Part shown: piece by piece, positions 62,601-64,000 of the stretch
Numbering within the stretch: position 1 is the first letter of the stretch
Layout of the letters: each line of letters starts with the position of its first letter
Source: Macrostomum lignano
Taxonomy: Eukaryota
DNA length: 64,000 nucleotides
Direction: 5' to 3'
Assembly (NCBI GenBank): GCA_002269645.1
Contig: NIVC01001195.1
Span: 62,001-126,000 of the forward strand
Notes under the pieces: generated by a model
What the model was told of the DNA's origin: nothing
The model's database searches: none
The model's input: only the letters and a program-made list of their open reading frames with translations
Translations under genes and position numbers: made by a program

Positions 62601-63693
62601 AAAGAGCCGCGCAATATCATAATTCTTTAGCATTGAAAAGTTGCTAGAAAGAAATTGCTTTCACGCTGGTAGCAGCAAGAAAGAGAAATGCAGAGGACTG
62701 CATCGACTAACAGATGGAGAGCAGAGAAACGTCAGGAAATGCAGTAGTAAGCCTTCTAGAGGGACGGGCAAGTGAGTTGCTGGCGGAGGCTGGAAAGCCG
62801 ATAGGACAGCGGAAGGGGGGATCGCCCCGAGGCAGGCAGAGATTGGGAAATCTCGGCGGCTGCGGTGGGGAAATTAACGAGATGGGAGGGGAGAAGGGCG
62901 AGTCAGATGGAGAACAGGAGCTTCAGACAGGGCTGGGGAACAGGAAGAACCGGACTGAAGAGGCAGCCTGGTCGATGATATCAAGACTTTTAGCATCACT
63001 GTTGTGTGAGCCACGCGACTGCCAGCGTGTAAGGCGCTTTGAGTCCGTCACATAGGTGACAGGGACACGAACTACTGTGGGGAGGCGGAGGGAGACGGGG
63101 AGGTCAGACATTCTCCGTGTGGGGCGATTCTCACAGTGGATTTGGGGCGATTCTCATAGTGGATTTGAGACGACTCTCACAGTGGATTTGGAGCGATTCT
63201 CACAGTGGATTTGAGACGACTCTCACAGTGGATTTGGAGCGATTCTCACAGTGGATTTGAGACGATTCTCACAGTCGATTTAGGGGCGATTCTCACAGTG
63301 GATTTGGAGCCTATTCTCACAGTGGACTTGAGACGACTCTCAGTGGATTTGGGATAAACTAATAACATAGCAGTACCAACCTGCCGAGGTGACGTCATCC
63401 TCAGCGGGATCGGCGGCCGAGGCCGCGGTGTCCGCATCGGCGTAGCTGGCGGACCATTTGGCGCTGGACACGGCTGCCAGGACGGCGCCCTTCAGCTTCC
63501 GCCTCGAATTGAACTTCTTCATCTCTTCCACCGTCTCGCTTAGGTGCAGCTTCGGCACCCGGCTGCGCTCGTGGATCCACGGGTGCCGCAGCGCCTCCTC
63601 CACCGTCAAGCGTCGCTGCGGATCGACATCCAGTAGCCGGCTCACCAGGTCCTTCGCCTCTGCCGAGATGTGGTCCCAGACTCGAGGCTTCTT
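38858..63693 (-). CDS. CASK: CASK / LIN-2 MAGUK (CaMK-like C-terminal part, 2x L27, PDZ, SH3, HOOK, guanylate kinase); 5'-partial; join(63693-63381, 60031-59913, 58379-58203, 54572-54384, 53939-53861, 52054-51969, 49175-49107, 46971-46840, 46125-45738, 39715-39417, 39034-38858)
   Basis: The 11 exons total 2028 nt in one frame. Diagnostic CASK peptides: [40 protein letters not shown]; [12 protein letters not shown]; [15 protein letters not shown]; [57 protein letters not shown]; [21 protein letters not shown]; [28 protein letters not shown]; [16 protein letters not shown]; QWVPVNWVY-stop. Confidence 0.96.
39120..39405. repeat. 29-bp (GCAGAAGCAGACAAAGGGAGAGGAAGAAA) and 30-bp (GGCAATATGGACATGAGAAACGCAGAAGTA) repeats in the last CASK intron
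   Basis: Direct tandem repetition. Confidence 0.88.
39417..39715 (-). CDS. CASK: CASK exon: GUK
   Basis: [46 protein letters not shown]. Confidence 0.93.
39950..40240 (+). repeat. 5' LTR (291 bp)
   Basis: TGTTCTGGAGG...GATTTAACA; no differences from the 3' LTR found by eye, and the ORF track gives identical peptides at 39991-40185 and 45285-45479. Confidence 0.95.
40243..40260 (+). promoter_or_regulatory. Primer-binding site TGGTAGCAGAGCGTGGTT (initiator tRNA-Met type)
   Basis: Starts 2 nt after the 5' LTR; complementary to a tRNA 3' end ...CUCUGCUACCA, as in metazoan initiator tRNA-Met. Confidence 0.8.
40266..44597 (+). CDS. BEL/Pao Gag-protease-(deleted RT/RH)-integrase polyprotein, 1443 aa
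   Basis: Gag: [12 protein letters not shown] (DUF1759-like) and three knuckles [42 protein letters not shown]. Protease [14 protein letters not shown]-terminal stub [25 protein letters not shown]. Integrase HxxxxxH..CxxC, VDFGGP, SDNG, FGGAHE. C-terminal WRRVQ..WPLGRV..VRVAKV (DUF5641-like). Confidence 0.93.
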   Translation: MQKDGEEFESNYPPADEEERKLMDAKAAKTRAKAAFTKGRNRLVQQLAAGGQDGAEVQQQATLMEKLFEAVTTELEKLLELAGNDLPLRRQTIKELENAEKDYGETVGLMTEFWKDRSRSEAAEREEQDRLAESEEQQRREEERKVQAAEHRALELEEVQRELERDYQQRHEQLAEELRRLKIVTGSTKAESPCERASPGSGLAEQSIGAEVGVSAAPDRSEKADWTAHEGGSGERSIKPNPAPRPATSQSASVQWQLREPIVQQECTQRVREEAERQVSQDMWRQLQRVAIPSFSGDKRQYEGWKAAFYACVDAAPSSRVYKLLQLRQCLQGDALKLIANLGHSEFAYKAALDRLEREYGGERRRLVLVLEDLDRFRPIVTESAPQLKKLADLVDVAVINLMEAGREAELDSNGLLHLRVQKKLPTDTLARYHRWVGENGRNDTLSALHQWLLREAEYQTVAMEAVHGVAAQNGPGAGKMEQSKKFSGMQRTETARTHFGAVAESTRADEQRKKNCRVCEGSHGAWECPKFAEMDVVKRWAVAREKKLCFHCLGVNHSGLACRRSRTCGVDGCQGKHHRMLHQKREPKPAAAVTRGGEGEARKPAEDISAATKKERTMLAEVVKETALRTVPVILVAGERQVRINALLDDASTRTYLNADVAAELGLEGKLQRINVKVLNGGVESFETAPVEVTVRSVDAAFETKIVAFTAEKVTGGMKAVDWSQLAEHWAHLRGIPFESTSSRKTVDMLIGVDNAEMHLACKEVCGMPGEPIARLTPIGWTCIGQLGSDEGSSKSGESFLCHECQDQVDSQVRRLWAIEEVPDVAELNRERGTLTADEQRAVAVVKESMSVVEGRYQVAIPSKSQNRALPSNREAAERRLISTEKRLQRSEGLPKAYQEVLEGQLEKGYLKKVEDSSELQNTEWYLPHFPVIREDKDTTKVRIVFDASDCVPTSVDGDQEVQRDASKSSKSAAVTLLSNDTTDNDWRLNPERFSSYRRLRSVTAWVQRFISNCRLPRDERRLGDLEVEELQEAEDRILRVAQEEAFKAEVQQVRRGRPVSSSSQLRCLQPFLDEDGLLRVDGRLKFDQNLSYQSKHPVILPRRSWVTKLLVKHYHEDQGHGGTNQTLAAMSTKFWVIGGREAIREWERECARCRRQKAGPEVQQMAPLPEARLKNSLRAFSFVAVDFGGPFETVQGRGRRRTKRGRPLEVYSDNGGNFVKGERELREFENEQQNKIQRAAAERGIKWRFQPPSAPHFGGAHEVMVRAAKRAVRAILSNADITDEELHSTFTGAEALINSRPLTYQTASPKDDTPLTPNHFLHGQLGGDFATEVSTEVSRDPRRRWRRVQELVRHFWHRWLRERVPRLNARSKWVKEQPDLAVGDIVLALRADAPRGHWPLGRVLEVFPGRDGHVRVAKVRTGGGTVLRPVTKLCLLQRGEQ
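45231..45243 (+). promoter_or_regulatory. Polypurine tract AGGAAGGGGGGAA
   Basis: Directly abuts the 3' LTR. Confidence 0.85.
45244..45534 (+). repeat. 3' LTR (291 bp)
   Basis: Matches the 5' LTR. Confidence 0.95.
45535..45665. repeat. 23-bp minisatellite CAGGAAGGGTTCCAATGGTCACT; its other half is at 39850-39949, split by the retroelement
   Basis: Same unit on both sides of the element. Confidence 0.88.
45738..46125 (-). CDS. CASK: CASK exon: end of SH3, HOOK, start of GUK
   Basis: [41 protein letters not shown]. Confidence 0.93.
46145..46742. repeat. 25-bp minisatellite GGTCAAGTGTGTCAAAGGTCACATG
   Basis: Direct tandem repetition. Confidence 0.92.
46840..46971 (-). CDS. CASK: CASK exon: SH3
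   Basis: [44 protein letters not shown]. Confidence 0.93.
47318..47715. repeat. 28-bp minisatellite CTGAGGATCTGGGAGGCTGGCCCAGCAA
   Basis: Direct tandem repetition; same family at 60105-60640. Confidence 0.92.
48120..49085. repeat. 16-bp-based repeat CCGTGAATGAATGCAT with variant units
   Basis: Direct tandem repetition. Confidence 0.92.
49107..49175 (-). CDS. CASK: CASK exon: end of PDZ
   Basis: [23 protein letters not shown]. Confidence 0.9.
49490..50225. repeat. 32-bp minisatellite ATGTACATTGCTCATGATTATGTGTACAGGAC
   Basis: Direct tandem repetition. Confidence 0.92.
50825..51545. repeat. 21-bp minisatellite CTCTCTACCTCACCTGTCCAC
   Basis: Direct tandem repetition. Confidence 0.92.
51969..52054 (-). 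CDS. CASK: CASK exon: PDZ (missed by the ORF track)
   Basis: [29 protein letters not shown]; TTCAAG| and |GTGAGT. Confidence 0.92.
52300..53775. repeat. 16-bp minisatellite GGATCCGTGAAGATGG
   Basis: Direct tandem repetition. Confidence 0.93.
53861..53939 (-). CDS. CASK: CASK exon: PDZ
   Basis: [26 protein letters not shown]; donor |GTAAGA. Confidence 0.92.
54384..54572 (-). CDS. CASK: CASK exon: end of second L27, start of PDZ
   Basis: [36 protein letters not shown]. Confidence 0.92.
54655..55900. repeat. 23-bp minisatellite CCAGTGTGGCGCCCATAAGGAAA
   Basis: Direct tandem repetition. Confidence 0.93.
56237..56660. repeat. (ACAG)n microsatellite with variants
   Basis: Direct tandem repetition. 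Confidence 0.93.
56673..56786 (-). CDS. CASK: Candidate alternative first coding exon of a short CASK isoform ([38 protein letters not shown])
   Basis: GC-rich coding-like block in the intron splitting the second L27. Strong donor TGG|GTGAGC in phase 0, matching the phase-0 acceptor at 54572. In-frame ATG with an upstream in-frame TAG. Confidence 0.55.
57181..57549. repeat. Perfect (AGTC)n microsatellite
   Basis: Uninterrupted tetramer run of ~370 bp. Confidence 0.95.
58203..58379 (-). CDS. CASK: CASK exon: L27 linker and second L27 domain
   Basis: [20 protein letters not shown]; CCCCAG| and |GTGAGC. Confidence 0.9.
58510..59428. repeat. 23-bp minisatellite GGGGAATTCAGAGTGTGGCACTG
   Basis: Direct tandem repetition. 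Confidence 0.92.
59913..60031 (-). CDS. CASK: CASK exon: first L27 domain
   Basis: [40 protein letters not shown]; CTGCAG| and |GTGAGT. Confidence 0.9.
60105..60640. repeat. 28-bp minisatellite CTGAGGATCTGGGAGGCTGGCCCAGCAA (second array)
   Basis: Direct tandem repetition. Confidence 0.92.
60955..61235. repeat. ~28-30-bp minisatellite CATGGGGATCTGGGAGAGTCTGTGTCCCAG
   Basis: Direct tandem repetition; related to the 28-bp family. Confidence 0.85.
61715..62522. repeat. 31-bp minisatellite CTGCCTCTCCGCTGCCTCAGTCCTTGAGAAT family (second array)
   Basis: Direct tandem repetition. Confidence 0.92.
63120..63352. repeat. 23-bp minisatellite GATTCTCACAGTGGATTTGAGAC
   Basis: Direct tandem repetition. 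Confidence 0.88.
63381..63693 (-). CDS. CASK: CASK exon: end of CaMK-like domain and calmodulin-binding segment
   Basis: [31 protein letters not shown]; donor GCAG|GTTGGT, phase 1. Confidence 0.92.
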
Positions 63694-63806
63694 CTGCCAG
63701 AGTTCGATTGGCGGGGTGGCGCTGCTGCCTTAATTAGTGCTCACAATGGGCTCCATCCGGTCATGCAGTGAGTCCTTGTCTAATTCACGGTAATTGTCCG
63801 ATAGTG

Positions 63807-63901
63807 TACTACTACTACTACTACCACTACTACTACTACCACTACTACTACCACTACTACTACTACCACTTCTACTACTACCACTACTACTACCACTACT
63901 A

Positions 63902-63935
<34 letters not shown>

Positions 63936-63961
63936 CACTACTACTACTACTACCACTACTA

Positions 63962-64000
<39 letters not shown>
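63807..64000. repeat. (CTA)n/(CCA) trinucleotide repeat running to the window end
   Basis: Direct tandem repetition. Confidence 0.95.

Overview
This is eukaryotic (metazoan) genomic DNA: short GC-rich exons separated by introns filled with tandem repeats. The style resembles the repeat-rich genome of the flatworm Macrostomum, but the species cannot be established from this window. I reconstructed three spliced genes by hand from GT/AG sites and exon phases. (1) A minus-strand 4-exon orphan ORF at 932-2866 (low confidence). (2) A complete plus-strand 10-exon gene at 5625-34900 encoding a 568-aa protein: signal peptide, three divergent Ig-like domains, one FN3 domain and a GPI-anchor-type C-terminus. 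(3) The 3' ~three quarters of a minus-strand CASK/LIN-2 gene (11 exons, 38858-63693, continuing beyond the window end). The last large CASK intron holds an antisense BEL/Pao LTR retroelement (39950-45534). It has apparently identical 291-bp LTRs, a CAGGA target-site duplication, a PBS and a PPT. Its single open 1443-aa ORF lacks the reverse-transcriptase core and RNase H and has a second in-frame deletion in the integrase. Other highlights: a candidate Cys-rich alternative first exon for a short CASK isoform, a CORE-type tRNA-derived SINE, more than 30 minisatellite/microsatellite arrays (several recurring at distant sites, many with palindromic units), a 6.3-kb (ACAG)n array with a ~1.5-1.6-kb higher-order period, and a ~1-kb duplication that looks like an assembly artefact. 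Repeat boundaries are approximate.
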